Part shown: in pieces, positions 20,727-30,147 of the stretch
Layout: each line of letters opens with the position of its first letter
Position numbering within the stretch: the first letter of the stretch is position 1
Origin: Anaeromyxobacter sp.
GTDB taxonomy: Bacteria; Myxococcota; Myxococcia; Myxococcales; Anaeromyxobacteraceae
Length of the DNA stretch: 64,000 nt
Direction of reading: 5' to 3'
NCBI GenBank assembly: GCA_049840735.1
Contig: JASGJN010000004.1
Coordinates: forward strand, 128,001 to 192,000
The notes under the pieces: model-generated
What the model was told of the DNA's origin: nothing
Database searches by the model: none
Seen by the model: only the letters and a program-made list of their open reading frames with translations
Program-made: the position numbers and the translations under genes

Positions 20727-21821
20727 ATGCAGAAGCTCATGCTCGCTGCGCTGGCGGTGGCGCTCGGCTGCGTCACGCCTCGCACGGCCCAGGAGCCGGC
20801 GCCCGACGTGGGCTGGCTCCAGGCCTGCGTGGACGCGGGGGACGACGCGGCCTGCATGGCCCTGGCCCGCGCCGACCTGGCGCGCCGGCAGCATCGCCGC
20901 GCCGCGGCCGCGCTGGAGGTGGCCTGCCTGGCGGAGCCGCCGGTCCGCGAGGCCTGCGCGGCGCTGGCGCCGCTCTACAAGAAGGGCAAGGGCGTCCCCC
21001 GCGACGCGGCCCGGGCGACGCTGCTCTCGGCGCGCGCCGGCGATGCCCCGGCGCTGGAGCCGCTCACCACCTCCGGCCGCGCGGTGACCCAATCCCAGGA
21101 CCAGGCCCGGGCCTGGCGCGCGGCGTTCCTCGACATCTGGGTGAGCGACAAGGAGCGGTCCGAGCTGGCCGTCGATGCGGACCAGTACGTGGCCCAGGCG
21201 CCAGCCGGGCTGCAGGGGGACGTCGCGGCGCTGACCCTGGCTGCGAAGACCCGGGCGTTGCGCTGCGACGAGCCCGGGGGCGAGAAGAAGCTCCCGCTGC
21301 TCATCGCCTTCAGCGTCGGCGACGATGGAAGGCCGCGCTCCGTCCGCGCCATCTCCGATGCGGATGCCCCGCTGCCCGCAACCACCGGCGCCTGCCTCCA
21401 GGGCGCCGTGGCAGGGTGGGAGCTCGCCGGGCTGGTGCCCGGTGGACCGCAGCAGCTGCTTCGCGTGGTCGTGAGCGTGCGCGCCCCTTGGCCCGTCGCC
21501 GCCGCGCCCGAGGTGCAGGCGCCGCCCCCGGCCAGGGAGCCGACGCGGTACACGAAGCCGAGGCCGGAGGCCCCCCCATGCGTCGGGCTCTCGGTCAGTA
21601 TCCCTCGGCACCTCCTGTATTCGAGCCGCACGGTGCAGGTGAGGTTCGCGGTCCGCAGGGATGGCTCGGTGGGCCAGTTCGTGCCCCACTCGCCGATGGA
21701 GCTGCCGCTGGCGTCAGCCATCAAGCGGGCCGTCGAGTTCTGCCGCTGGATTCCCGGGACCGACCCGATCGGCAGGCCGGCGACGATGTGGGTGATCCTA
21801 CCGCTGCGCCTGTCGCCCTGA
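20727..21821 (+). CDS. Lipoprotein with Sel1-like repeats and a C-terminal TonB-like domain
   Basis: GAGGA RBS, lipobox ALGC, AC..LA.LYKKGKGVPRD Sel1-like segment, and VRFAVRRDGSV...CRWIPG...WVILPLRL TonB_C-like tail. Confidence 0.65.
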   Translation: MQKLMLAALAVALGCVTPRTAQEPAPDVGWLQACVDAGDDAACMALARADLARRQHRRAAAALEVACLAEPPVREACAALAPLYKKGKGVPRDAARATLLSARAGDAPALEPLTTSGRAVTQSQDQARAWRAAFLDIWVSDKERSELAVDADQYVAQAPAGLQGDVAALTLAAKTRALRCDEPGGEKKLPLLIAFSVGDDGRPRSVRAISDADAPLPATTGACLQGAVAGWELAGLVPGGPQQLLRVVVSVRAPWPVAAAPEVQAPPPAREPTRYTKPRPEAPPCVGLSVSIPRHLLYSSRTVQVRFAVRRDGSVGQFVPHSPMELPLASAIKRAVEFCRWIPGTDPIGRPATMWVILPLRLSP

Positions 21822-22122
21822 GCCGCACGTCGCCCCTGCCGCTCGCAGCACCCGGCTCACGTGCTGGCGTGAGCGCCGGCGCCCCGCTGCGCGGGGAGCC
21901 GGACGCCCAGGAGAGGACGTCACGGCAACCGCGTGATCGCGCAGGCCAGCGCGGCCAGCCCAGGATGGTCCGGAAGAGCCTCGGGTTCACGTGCGGACCT
22001 CCGGGTGGATGGGCCCGCGAGTCTTGCCCGGCCGCGCCGGCCGACACCGTGCCGTGTCGGTGGCGGACCGGCGAACAGCACGCCACCGCGCCTCAGGACC
22101 GGCACCCCGGCACGTCACCCGC

Positions 22123-23868
22123 TCAAGGCAGCCGCGTGATACGCTTGCCCCCCGGCGCCACCACCGGCTGCGGGAGCGAGCCGAGGTAGCCGGCCAGCGC
22201 GTCCACGTCGAGCGGGCCTCCCACCCGGTCGGTCCCCTGCGTGATCACCGTCAGGCCGTCGCCGCCTCCGGCCAGGAAGTCGATGGTGGCCACGCGGTAG
22301 GTGGCCGACGGCTCCACCGGCGCGCCGCCGACGCGCAGGTCGCGCACCTTCTGCCCGACCGGCGCGCCCTCGCTCCAGGCGTAGCTGAGCCCGGACACCT
22401 GCAGCAGGCGGGGGTCGGGCGTGGACCACTGCTGCTCCAGCAGCGCCTGCAGCTGCGCGCCGGTGAGCGTGAGGGACACCAGGCCGTTGCCGAACGGGTG
22501 GATGGCGAAGAGGTGGCCCACGGTGACCGGGCCGGCCGGGAGATCGGTGCGGATGCCGCCCAGGTTGACGACCGCCGCCACCGCGCCGGGCGTGCGGGCG
22601 CGGAGCGCGTCGGCCACCAGGTCGCCCAGCGGCGACTCGCCGGCCGCGTCCGGCGCGTTCGCGAGCGTCGCGGCCGCGGTGGCCACCACCCGGCCCACCC
22701 TCGGCGCCACGGCGGCCTCGGCCGCGGCCTGCAGCGCGGCGGCGGCGGGATCGGGTGAGCGCCCGGGCCCGGCGTCGGCGTACGCGACCTGCACCTCGGC
22801 GCTCCCGGCCACCACGTCGCGGGTGGAGCGATCGACCTGCAGGTCGATGCGGGCGAAGGCGGTCCCTGCGGAGAGCGCCTGGGTGACCAGCACCGGCCGC
22901 CCGCCGCGGGCCGGCAGGAGCGCGTTGGTGAACGCGTGCTGGTGCCCGGAGACCACCACGTCCACCTCCGGATCCAGCCGGGCCACCAGCTCCAGCAGCG
23001 CCTGCCCGCGGACCGGTGGCGCGTCGGCCCGCGTCGGCCCGGCGTAGGGCGCCTGCGCGCCGCCCTGGTGGACGAGGACCACCACCGCCCGCACGCCCTG
23101 CCCGCGCAGCGCCGCCACCGCGGCGTTGGCCGCCTCCGCGGCGTCGAGGAAGCGCAGCCCGGCCACGCCGGTGGGCGTCACCGCCTGCGGCGTCTCGGGC
23201 AGGCCCACGCCGACGATCCCCACCGGCACGCCATCCACCTGCTTCACCACGTAGGCCGGCAGGATGGGTCGCCCGGTGGCCGCGTCCACCACGTTGGCCG
23301 CCAGCGTGGGGTAGCGCGCGCCGCGCCAGGGCTGCGTGAGGAACGGGCCCGCGGGGTGATCCCCGCCGCCCAGCAGCCGCAGCAGCTCCGCGCGCCCCTC
23401 GTCGAACTCGTGGTTGCCCACCGTGCCGGCCAGGTTGCAGCCCGGGTCGAGCCAGGGGGCGAACCGCTCCGCCGGCGCGGCGTCGGCGCCGTCGGCGCGC
23501 GCGGCGCCGGGCGCCAGCGGGCGGCAGCGCTCGTTGGCCAGGAGGTGGAGCATCGCGACGGTGGGCTCCTCCTGCAGCAGCGCGGAGGGGGGCGGCGAGG
23601 CGCTGACCAGGTCGCCGGCGTGGACGATCAGCGTCCGGTCCTCGGCCCCGGCCATCGCGGCGCGCAGCCAGGCCACGAAGACGCCGGCCGAGCCCGCCGG
23701 GCGCCCGTCCACCTTCTTCCCGGCGCCGAGCTGCCCGTGGAAGTCGTTGAAGGCGAGCAGCCGGACATGGGCGGCGGCGGTGGGCGCGGGGGCGCGCGCG
23801 GCGGGCGCGGCGCAGGACAGGGACAGCGCGAGCAGCGGGGGCACGAGACGGATGGTCGAGCGGTGCAT
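22123..23868 (-). CDS. Secreted bifunctional metallophosphatase/5'-nucleotidase
   Basis: Lipobox-like LSLSC, NDFHG, AGDLV, GNHEFD, SGHQH, and the C-terminal NLGGIR...HPFGN...FLAGGGDG nucleotidase domain. Confidence 0.92.
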   Translation of the reverse strand: MHRSTIRLVPPLLALSLSCAAPAARAPAPTAAAHVRLLAFNDFHGQLGAGKKVDGRPAGSAGVFVAWLRAAMAGAEDRTLIVHAGDLVSASPPPSALLQEEPTVAMLHLLANERCRPLAPGAARADGADAAPAERFAPWLDPGCNLAGTVGNHEFDEGRAELLRLLGGGDHPAGPFLTQPWRGARYPTLAANVVDAATGRPILPAYVVKQVDGVPVGIVGVGLPETPQAVTPTGVAGLRFLDAAEAANAAVAALRGQGVRAVVVLVHQGGAQAPYAGPTRADAPPVRGQALLELVARLDPEVDVVVSGHQHAFTNALLPARGGRPVLVTQALSAGTAFARIDLQVDRSTRDVVAGSAEVQVAYADAGPGRSPDPAAAALQAAAEAAVAPRVGRVVATAAATLANAPDAAGESPLGDLVADALRARTPGAVAAVVNLGGIRTDLPAGPVTVGHLFAIHPFGNGLVSLTLTGAQLQALLEQQWSTPDPRLLQVSGLSYAWSEGAPVGQKVRDLRVGGAPVEPSATYRVATIDFLAGGGDGLTVITQGTDRVGGPLDVDALAGYLGSLPQPVVAPGGKRITRLP

Positions 23869-23897
23869 GGAGAGCCTCCCGGTGGCATGGTACGCCC

Positions 23898-24043
23898 GTG
23901 GGCCGTTCACCCCCAGGAGGAACTGGACCGGCCGATCGGCGACGTGATTCCATGGTCCGCACCGGGGAAGGCAACCGGTCACGATCTGGGTGATCCTCCC
24001 GGTGCGGTTCCGGACCGACCCGCCGCCGGAGCCCGCCCGCTAA
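23898..24043 (+). pseudogene. Degenerate remnant of a TonB C-terminal domain gene
   Basis: CCGGTCACGATCTGGGTGATCCTCCCGGTGCGGTTC encodes PVTIWVILPVRF, matching PATMWVILPLRL at the end of the 20727-21821 gene. There is no start codon and the upstream frame is broken. Confidence 0.55.
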
Positions 24044-24309
24044 CCGATCGTCCGCACCAGCTCCTCCACCAGCTTCACGTACTGGGCCTTCGCGTCCTCG
24101 GCGCCCAGCCCCTTCCTGCCGGCCCAGGCGTCGTACTTGGCGCGGCCCTTGAGGTCGAGCATGCCGGGGCGGCTCCCCTTCACGTCGCCGTCGGTGGCCT
24201 GCTTGAAGAGCGCGTAGAGCGCCAGCAGCTGGTCGTTGCTGGGGCGCTTGGAGAGGGTCTTCACGCGGTCCTGCGCGGCGGCGAAGGCGGTGTCGCTGGC
24301 GGCGGTCAT
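24040..24309 (-). CDS. Acyl-CoA-binding protein (ACBP)
   Basis: PSNDQLLALYALFKQATDGD...PGMLDLKGRAKYDAW is the ACBP signature; start overlaps the upstream stop. Confidence 0.93.
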   Translation of the reverse strand: MTAASDTAFAAAQDRVKTLSKRPSNDQLLALYALFKQATDGDVKGSRPGMLDLKGRAKYDAWAGRKGLGAEDAKAQYVKLVEELVRTIG

Positions 24310-25241
24310 GGTGCGGCTCCTGGCTGTGGCCCGCGGGCGCGGGCGGTGGAAGGGTGGAAGTCGGGCGGCAGGCGCGCCAGCGTGCCGGGCGTGACCAGGC
24401 CGCGGGCCAGGGCGTCCTCGAGCAGCGCCGCGCGGTCGAGCGGGCGGCGCCCGGCGGCGGCGGCCGCGCCGGCCTGGATCACGCCCTCGGCGCGGAGCTG
24501 CCCCAGCGCGAAGAGGGCCAGCGCCAGCTGGGTGGCGTCGCGCACCGGCACCACCCGCTCGCCCAGCGCGGCGAAGGAGGCCGGGTCGGTGCGCCGCTCC
24601 AGGTGGATGAAGGCCCGCTCCACCTGGCCGCCCTGCGGCGGCAGCCCCCGCGCCAGCGCGTCCACGCAGGCCCGGTCGTCGGGGGCCACGCCCGCCTCGC
24701 GCAGCGCCTCGTCGAGCGGCCCCGCGCGCAGCTCGCCGGAGAGGATCCGGGCGTAGAGCGCGTAGGCCAGCGCGTCCTGCTCGGTGTCGTCGCCGATCAG
24801 CCACTCGGTGGCGAGCGGCCGCCCGCGGCGCAGCGTGAGCAGCGCGGCCAGCTTGAACCCCAGCTGCTCGCGCAGCCGCCCGGGCCGGCCGGAGAGGAGC
24901 GCGCGCGCCCAGTCCTTGAGGACCAGCCCGTCCCACTCCACGCCGTCGAGCAGCATCTTCCGCTCCAGCACGGCGCGGAGCTGCGCCGGGCTGGCGGAGA
25001 GGAAGTAGAGCGGCACCGCCGCGTAGGCCTCGCGCGGCCCGTGGCGGATGGCGCGCAGCACCTCCGGCATGCCGGGGATGGCCAGCTTGTCGATCGCGAA
25101 CTCGAGCGGGATGCGCGCCAGCCCCTGCAGCGAGGAGAAGCGGGTGCTGAGGTAGGTCTTGTCCACGTCGGAGACCCAGACCGGCCCGCGGTAGGCGGCC
25201 GGCAGGGGGCGCTCGTCGACGATGGAGAGCGGGTAGGCCAT
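24306..25241 (-). CDS. HAD-like phosphatase, App1-type phosphatidate phosphatase-like
   Basis: SDVDKT (DxDxT), FLSASP, LKDW, K, and LIGDDTEQD...Y motifs in the order found in App1 catalytic domains. Confidence 0.72.
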   Translation of the reverse strand: MAYPLSIVDERPLPAAYRGPVWVSDVDKTYLSTRFSSLQGLARIPLEFAIDKLAIPGMPEVLRAIRHGPREAYAAVPLYFLSASPAQLRAVLERKMLLDGVEWDGLVLKDWARALLSGRPGRLREQLGFKLAALLTLRRGRPLATEWLIGDDTEQDALAYALYARILSGELRAGPLDEALREAGVAPDDRACVDALARGLPPQGGQVERAFIHLERRTDPASFAALGERVVPVRDATQLALALFALGQLRAEGVIQAGAAAAAGRRPLDRAALLEDALARGLVTPGTLARLPPDFHPSTARARGPQPGAAP

Positions 25242-25244
25242 GGC

Positions 25245-26267
25245 TCACTGGAACCGCAGGCGCGCCAGCTCGCCCCGCACCGGCCGGGACATCAGCGCCT
25301 GCATGGCCTCCCGGGCGCTGCGCCCTTCGCGCAGCGTGGCGTGCACGGCGGCGGCGATGGGCAGCTCCAGCCCGCGGCGCAGGGCCTCCTCCTGCACCGC
25401 CAGCGCCGTGGGCACCCCCTCGGCCACGTGCTTGAGGCTGGCCAGGATGTCCTCCAGCGGCTCGCCCCGGCCCAGCCGCTCGCCCACCTGGTGGTTGCGC
25501 GAGAGCTCCGAGGCGCAGGTGGCGATCAGGTCGCCGATGCCGGCCAGGCCGCCGAAGGTGAAGACGTCGGCGCCCAGGGCCACGCCGTACTGGGCCATCT
25601 CGGAGAGGCCGCGGGTGATCACCAGCGCCTTGCTGTTGTCCCCCAGCCCCAGCCCGTCCACCACCCCGGCGGCCAGGGCGATGACGTTCTTGAAGGAGCC
25701 GCCCACCTCGGTGCCGACCACGTCGCGCCCGCCGTACACCCGCACCCAGCTGCCGGCGAAGAGCGCCTGCACCGCGGCCACCACCTCGTCGTAGCGCGAG
25801 GCCACCAGGGCGCCGGCGGGCTGGCCGGCCATGATCTCCGCCGCCAGGTTGGGGCCGGAGAGCACGCCCAGCTTCAGGCAGCAGGTCTCCTCGCGGAGGA
25901 TCTGCGTCATGCGCCGGCCGGTGCCGATCTCGATCCCCTTGGTGCCGTGCAGCAGGAGCTGGTCGCCGCGCAGGTGCTCGCCCAGCTGCGCCGCCACCTC
26001 GCGGAAGGAGCGGGACGGGACCGCCACCAGCACCACCCGCGCCTCGCGCACCGCCGGTCCCAGCGCGGTGGTGGCGGTGAGCCCCTCGGCCAGCCGGGCC
26101 CCGGGCGCGTAGGCCTGGCTGGTGTGCTGGCCGTTGATCTCCTCCGCCAGCTCGGGCCGGCGCACCCAGAGCTGCACGCGGCGGCCGACGGCGGCGAGCG
26201 CGTGGGCCATGGCGGTGCCGAAGGAGCCGCCGCCCACCACCAGCAGGTCGAGCCCGTGGGCGCTCAT
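25245..26267 (-). CDS. gpsA: NAD(P)H-dependent glycerol-3-phosphate dehydrogenase
   Basis: GGGSFGTA, TKGIE, LSGPNLAAEI, KNVIALAAG, GLAGIGDLIATC...SRN, AEGV. Confidence 0.95.
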   Translation of the reverse strand: MSAHGLDLLVVGGGSFGTAMAHALAAVGRRVQLWVRRPELAEEINGQHTSQAYAPGARLAEGLTATTALGPAVREARVVLVAVPSRSFREVAAQLGEHLRGDQLLLHGTKGIEIGTGRRMTQILREETCCLKLGVLSGPNLAAEIMAGQPAGALVASRYDEVVAAVQALFAGSWVRVYGGRDVVGTEVGGSFKNVIALAAGVVDGLGLGDNSKALVITRGLSEMAQYGVALGADVFTFGGLAGIGDLIATCASELSRNHQVGERLGRGEPLEDILASLKHVAEGVPTALAVQEEALRRGLELPIAAAVHATLREGRSAREAMQALMSRPVRGELARLRFQ

Positions 26268-27862
26268 GCCGCCACCCGCCCCGCCTCGAGGCCGAGGCTG
26301 TCGATCCGCGCCTGGTAGTAGAGCAGCAGGTTGCGGTCCTCGTGGAAGAGCCGGTCCCCGCGCCGCACCACCGCCGGCCGGCGGTGGTAGCTGGCCAGGT
26401 GGGCCAGCGCCGAGGCCACCACCGCCCCGGCGTCGCGGTCGCGCAAGGTGTCGTCGAGCCGCACCTGGCCGGCGGCCGCGGCCCGGCGCAGCCCCTCCAG
26501 CAGGCGCGCGGTCCGCTCGTGGACCTCCACGGCCGGGAAGGAGGGCTCGCGCCCGCCGGTCCGCAGCAGGCGGTAGGGATTGACCCCCGGGTTGCGCTCG
26601 CGCAGCAGCGCGAACATGACGCGGCAGAGCGCGTGCGTGGAGGAGAGGACGGTGTCGCGGGCGTAGGCGGCCACCACCGCGCCCGCCAGCTCGCGGGTGT
26701 ACTCGGCGTCGCGCTGCGGATCGGGCGCGGGCCGCCCGGCCGCGTCGAGGAGGTAGCGGGCCCGGTCGATGCGCCGGCCGCGGGGGTCGAGCGAGGTGCC
26801 GTCGTCCGGCGCCACCGGGTTCCCGAACACGTCCAGCGGCCGCGAGAAGACCACGTGGATGCGCGAGTCGAGCGAGAGCGCCTTCTCCACGAAGTCGAGG
26901 ATGCGCCGCGGCTGCGAGAACTCGTCGTCCTCGATGATGTAGCGGCTCTTCCCGGCCTCCTGCAGGTGATCGCCGATGAGCGTCTCGGCCTCCAGCACCA
27001 GCTGGTAGTTGAGCGTGCACGGCACCACGAACACGTCCGGCCGCGCCGCGCCCTTGACCAGGTTGTGCGCGTAGGCCTCCAGGCCGGTCCCGAGCAGCCC
27101 CAGCTTGAGCTTGCGCTCCACCCCGCCGCTGCGGCTGCGGGTGCCGCCGGGGAAGAAGAGGTTGTGGTGGCCCGCCTCCAGCGTGCAGGCCGCGTAGGTC
27201 TTGAGCACGTCCTTGTAGAGCGCCGCCTTCTTGCGGCGGTCGACCCGGTACGCGCCCAGGTGGTTCATGAAGAAGCCGATCAGCCGGTTGTGGAAGAGGT
27301 TCAGCCCGGCGCCGTAGATGAACGGCGGCAGCCCCACCCGGTGGAGCGCGTAGCCGATCACCAGGCTGTCCAGGTTGGAGAGGTGGGTGGGCACCACCAC
27401 CACCGTCCCCAGCGCCGCCACGGCGCGGAGCGCGTCCACCTCGCCCTCGAGCTGGATCTGGTCCTCGAAGCCGGAGAAGCCGGAGGGGAGCGCCGAGAGG
27501 AGGCGCAGCGGGCTGGCCGCGTTGAGGAGCACGTTGAGCGCCCGGGGGATGACCTGGGTGGCCACCGCGTGGATGCGCGGGTCGAAGTGGCCGGCCACCT
27601 CCTGCGCGAACCCGCGGATGAGCTCCTGGAGCAGCACCCGCTGCCGGTCCGGCGAGGCGCGCTGGGCCTCTGCGTAGATGCGCTCGTAGGTGGCCGCCTG
27701 CCGCCGGGCCAGCTCACGGTCGCGCTCGGTCTCGAGCCGGCGGCGCTCCTCGTAGAGGGTGTCGTAGATGGCGGCCTCGACGGCCTGGGCGTCCTCGCCC
27801 AGCCGCCCCGAGACCCGATGCACGACCTCGACCAGCACCCGCTCGCGGTCCATCTCGCGCAC
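26264..27862 (-). CDS. Glycerol-3-phosphate acyltransferase (PlsB/GPAT-like)
   Basis: PTHLSNLD (HX4D), GAGLNL, GAYRVDR, FPGGTRSRSG, KLGLL acyltransferase blocks. Confidence 0.88.
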   Translation of the reverse strand: MREMDRERVLVEVVHRVSGRLGEDAQAVEAAIYDTLYEERRRLETERDRELARRQAATYERIYAEAQRASPDRQRVLLQELIRGFAQEVAGHFDPRIHAVATQVIPRALNVLLNAASPLRLLSALPSGFSGFEDQIQLEGEVDALRAVAALGTVVVVPTHLSNLDSLVIGYALHRVGLPPFIYGAGLNLFHNRLIGFFMNHLGAYRVDRRKKAALYKDVLKTYAACTLEAGHHNLFFPGGTRSRSGGVERKLKLGLLGTGLEAYAHNLVKGAARPDVFVVPCTLNYQLVLEAETLIGDHLQEAGKSRYIIEDDEFSQPRRILDFVEKALSLDSRIHVVFSRPLDVFGNPVAPDDGTSLDPRGRRIDRARYLLDAAGRPAPDPQRDAEYTRELAGAVVAAYARDTVLSSTHALCRVMFALLRERNPGVNPYRLLRTGGREPSFPAVEVHERTARLLEGLRRAAAAGQVRLDDTLRDRDAGAVVASALAHLASYHRRPAVVRRGDRLFHEDRNLLLYYQARIDSLGLEAGRVAA

Positions 27863-28055
27863 GCAGCCTCCCGCGGGCCACGCCCGGCGCCTCTCCGGCC
27901 ACCCAGGACTCTAGCCGAGCGGCGGGTCGCCGCATGGGTCGGCCACCGGGTCCTGGCGGGTACCCCGACCCCCGGGAAGCGGGGCCAGGACACCCCAGGA
28001 CACGCGTTTCCCAGCCGGGTCCGGTGGGCTGTATGATGCTTCGTACCCACCGTCC

Positions 28056-30128
28056 ATGCCACCGACCTGGCTCGCCACCATTCACCACGATGGGTCCAGC
28101 AAGTACGTCTCGGACCTGTGCCCGGCCATCGGGGACGTGGTCCGGATCCGCCTGCGGGTCTCGGACCAGACGGCGCTGAAGCGGGTCTTCCTCCGGACCA
28201 ACCCGGACAACCTGCAGGTGCTCTCCCCCATGTCGCCCGGCCGCCACGCGCCGCCGGCGCGCTGGTACGACGTCGACCTCCCCATCACCGAGCGGATCGT
28301 GCAGTACCGCTTCGTGATCGAGGCCGAGGACGGCGGGGTGTGGTGGTACTCGGCGGCGGGCGTCACCGAGCACGAGCCGCTGGGCGGCAGCGACTTCCGC
28401 CTGGTGACCGACCTGCCGCCGCCGTCGTGGGTGCGGAGCACGGTCTTCTACCAGATCTTCCCGGACCGCTTCTGGAACGGCGAGCCCAGCAACGATCCGC
28501 AGCCGGACGAGTACGACCGGCCCAGCTACCGCTACAAGAAGTTCGAGTACCAGAACCGCCGGCCGCGGACCCTGCCCTGGGGCAGCCCCGCCCCCTTCGA
28601 CGCGCCCCCCACGCTCACGTTCTACGGCGGGGATCTCCCCGGCATCGAGTCGAAGCTGCCCTACCTGCAGGACCTGGGGGTGGGGGCCATCTACCTGAAC
28701 CCGGTCTTCGCCTCGCCCTCCAACCACCGCTACGACGTGGTGGACCACGAGCGCGTGGACCCGCGCCTGGGCGGCACCGCCGCGCTGGCCCACCTGCGCC
28801 AGGCGCTCACCGCGGCCGGCATGCGCTACCTGCTGGACGTGGTGCCCAACCACGTCAGCTACTGGCACCCGTGGTTCCAGGCCGCCGAGAGCGACCCGAC
28901 CTCGCTGGAGGCCGGCTTCTTCACCTTCCTGCGCCACCCGGAGAGCTTCAAGGACTGGTTCGGCTGGCCGCGCCTGGACTACGCCAGCGAGGAGCTGCGC
29001 CGGCGCATGTTCACCGGCCACGAGGCCGTGCTGCGCCGCTGGCTGCGGCTGCCCTACTCCGCCGACGGCTGGCGCGTCTACCTGCCCAACGCCCCGGCGC
29101 GCCAGGGCGAGCTGCAGCCCGGCCTGCACATCGGCCGGGCCCTGCGCGCCGCCATCAAGGAGACGCGCCCGGACGCCTACCTGCTGGGCGAGAACCTGGC
29201 CGACGCCACCGAGCAGCTGCAGGGCGACCAGTTCGACGGGCTCATGAACTACCGCGCGTTCATGCTGCCGCTCTGGTCCTGGCTGCGCGGCTACCACCAG
29301 GACCTGCCCGGCCTGCCGCCCATCGTCAGCGTGCGGCTCGCCACCCAGGCCCTGGCGCGCGCGCTGCTGGAGGGACTCTCCTCGGCGCCCTGGAGCGTCT
29401 CGCTCCACCACTACAACCCCATCGGCAGCCACGACTTCCCGCGCGTCCGCAGCGTGCTCGACGGCAACGACGCGCTCCACCGGCTGGCGGCGGTGGTCCA
29501 GTTCACCTTCCCCGGCGTCCCCGGCATCTACTACGGCGACGAGATCGGGATGGTGAACGACCCCGGCCTGGAGCAGCGGGCCTGCATGGTCTGGGACGAG
29601 AAGGCCTGGAACCGCCCGCTGCGCGAGTTCTACAAGGCGCTGGTGGCGCTGCGCCGGGGCTCGCCGGCGCTGCAGGAGGGCGGCTTCCAGGTGCTGGCGG
29701 TGGAGGCGGACACGCTCGCCTACCAGCGCGAGGGGCCGGCGGGGCGCGTGATCGTGGTGGCGCACCGCGGGTCCACGCCGCGGCCGCCGGGGCCGCTGGC
29801 GGTGGCCCACGGCGGCGTCCCGGACGGCCTGGCCTTCACCGAGGCCTTCAGCCGCCGCGTGGTGCTGGCGCGGCGCGGGCAGCTGGCCCTGCCCGAGCTG
29901 CCGCAGGGCGCCACGGTGTGGGTGGCCGAGGAGGAGCCGGACGCGGCCGAGCGCCCGCACCCGCTCTCCGCGCCCCAGGCGCCGCGCGCCGAGCCCACCC
30001 GCGGCCGCACGCTGGCCTGCCCGGTGTGCGGGAAGAAGGACGGGACGCGGCGGGAGACGCGCACCGTCCCGGGCGGCGTCCGCCACGACCGCTGGTTCTG
30101 CCTCTGGTGCGGCGCGACGTGGACCTGA
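28056..30128 (+). CDS. GH13 maltodextrin glucosidase/neopullulanase-like protein with substituted catalytic nucleophile and C-terminal Cys4 motif
   Basis: FYQIFPDRF, YGGDLPGI, YLNPVF, HRYD, DVVPNH, GEN, SHDFPR, PGIYYGDEIG. Region II reads DGWRVY instead of DGWRxD. The tail is CPVC...CLWC. Confidence 0.85.
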   Translation: MPPTWLATIHHDGSSKYVSDLCPAIGDVVRIRLRVSDQTALKRVFLRTNPDNLQVLSPMSPGRHAPPARWYDVDLPITERIVQYRFVIEAEDGGVWWYSAAGVTEHEPLGGSDFRLVTDLPPPSWVRSTVFYQIFPDRFWNGEPSNDPQPDEYDRPSYRYKKFEYQNRRPRTLPWGSPAPFDAPPTLTFYGGDLPGIESKLPYLQDLGVGAIYLNPVFASPSNHRYDVVDHERVDPRLGGTAALAHLRQALTAAGMRYLLDVVPNHVSYWHPWFQAAESDPTSLEAGFFTFLRHPESFKDWFGWPRLDYASEELRRRMFTGHEAVLRRWLRLPYSADGWRVYLPNAPARQGELQPGLHIGRALRAAIKETRPDAYLLGENLADATEQLQGDQFDGLMNYRAFMLPLWSWLRGYHQDLPGLPPIVSVRLATQALARALLEGLSSAPWSVSLHHYNPIGSHDFPRVRSVLDGNDALHRLAAVVQFTFPGVPGIYYGDEIGMVNDPGLEQRACMVWDEKAWNRPLREFYKALVALRRGSPALQEGGFQVLAVEADTLAYQREGPAGRVIVVAHRGSTPRPPGPLAVAHGGVPDGLAFTEAFSRRVVLARRGQLALPELPQGATVWVAEEEPDAAERPHPLSAPQAPRAEPTRGRTLACPVCGKKDGTRRETRTVPGGVRHDRWFCLWCGATWT

Positions 30129-30147
30129 TCTGGCATGATGCGCCGCC

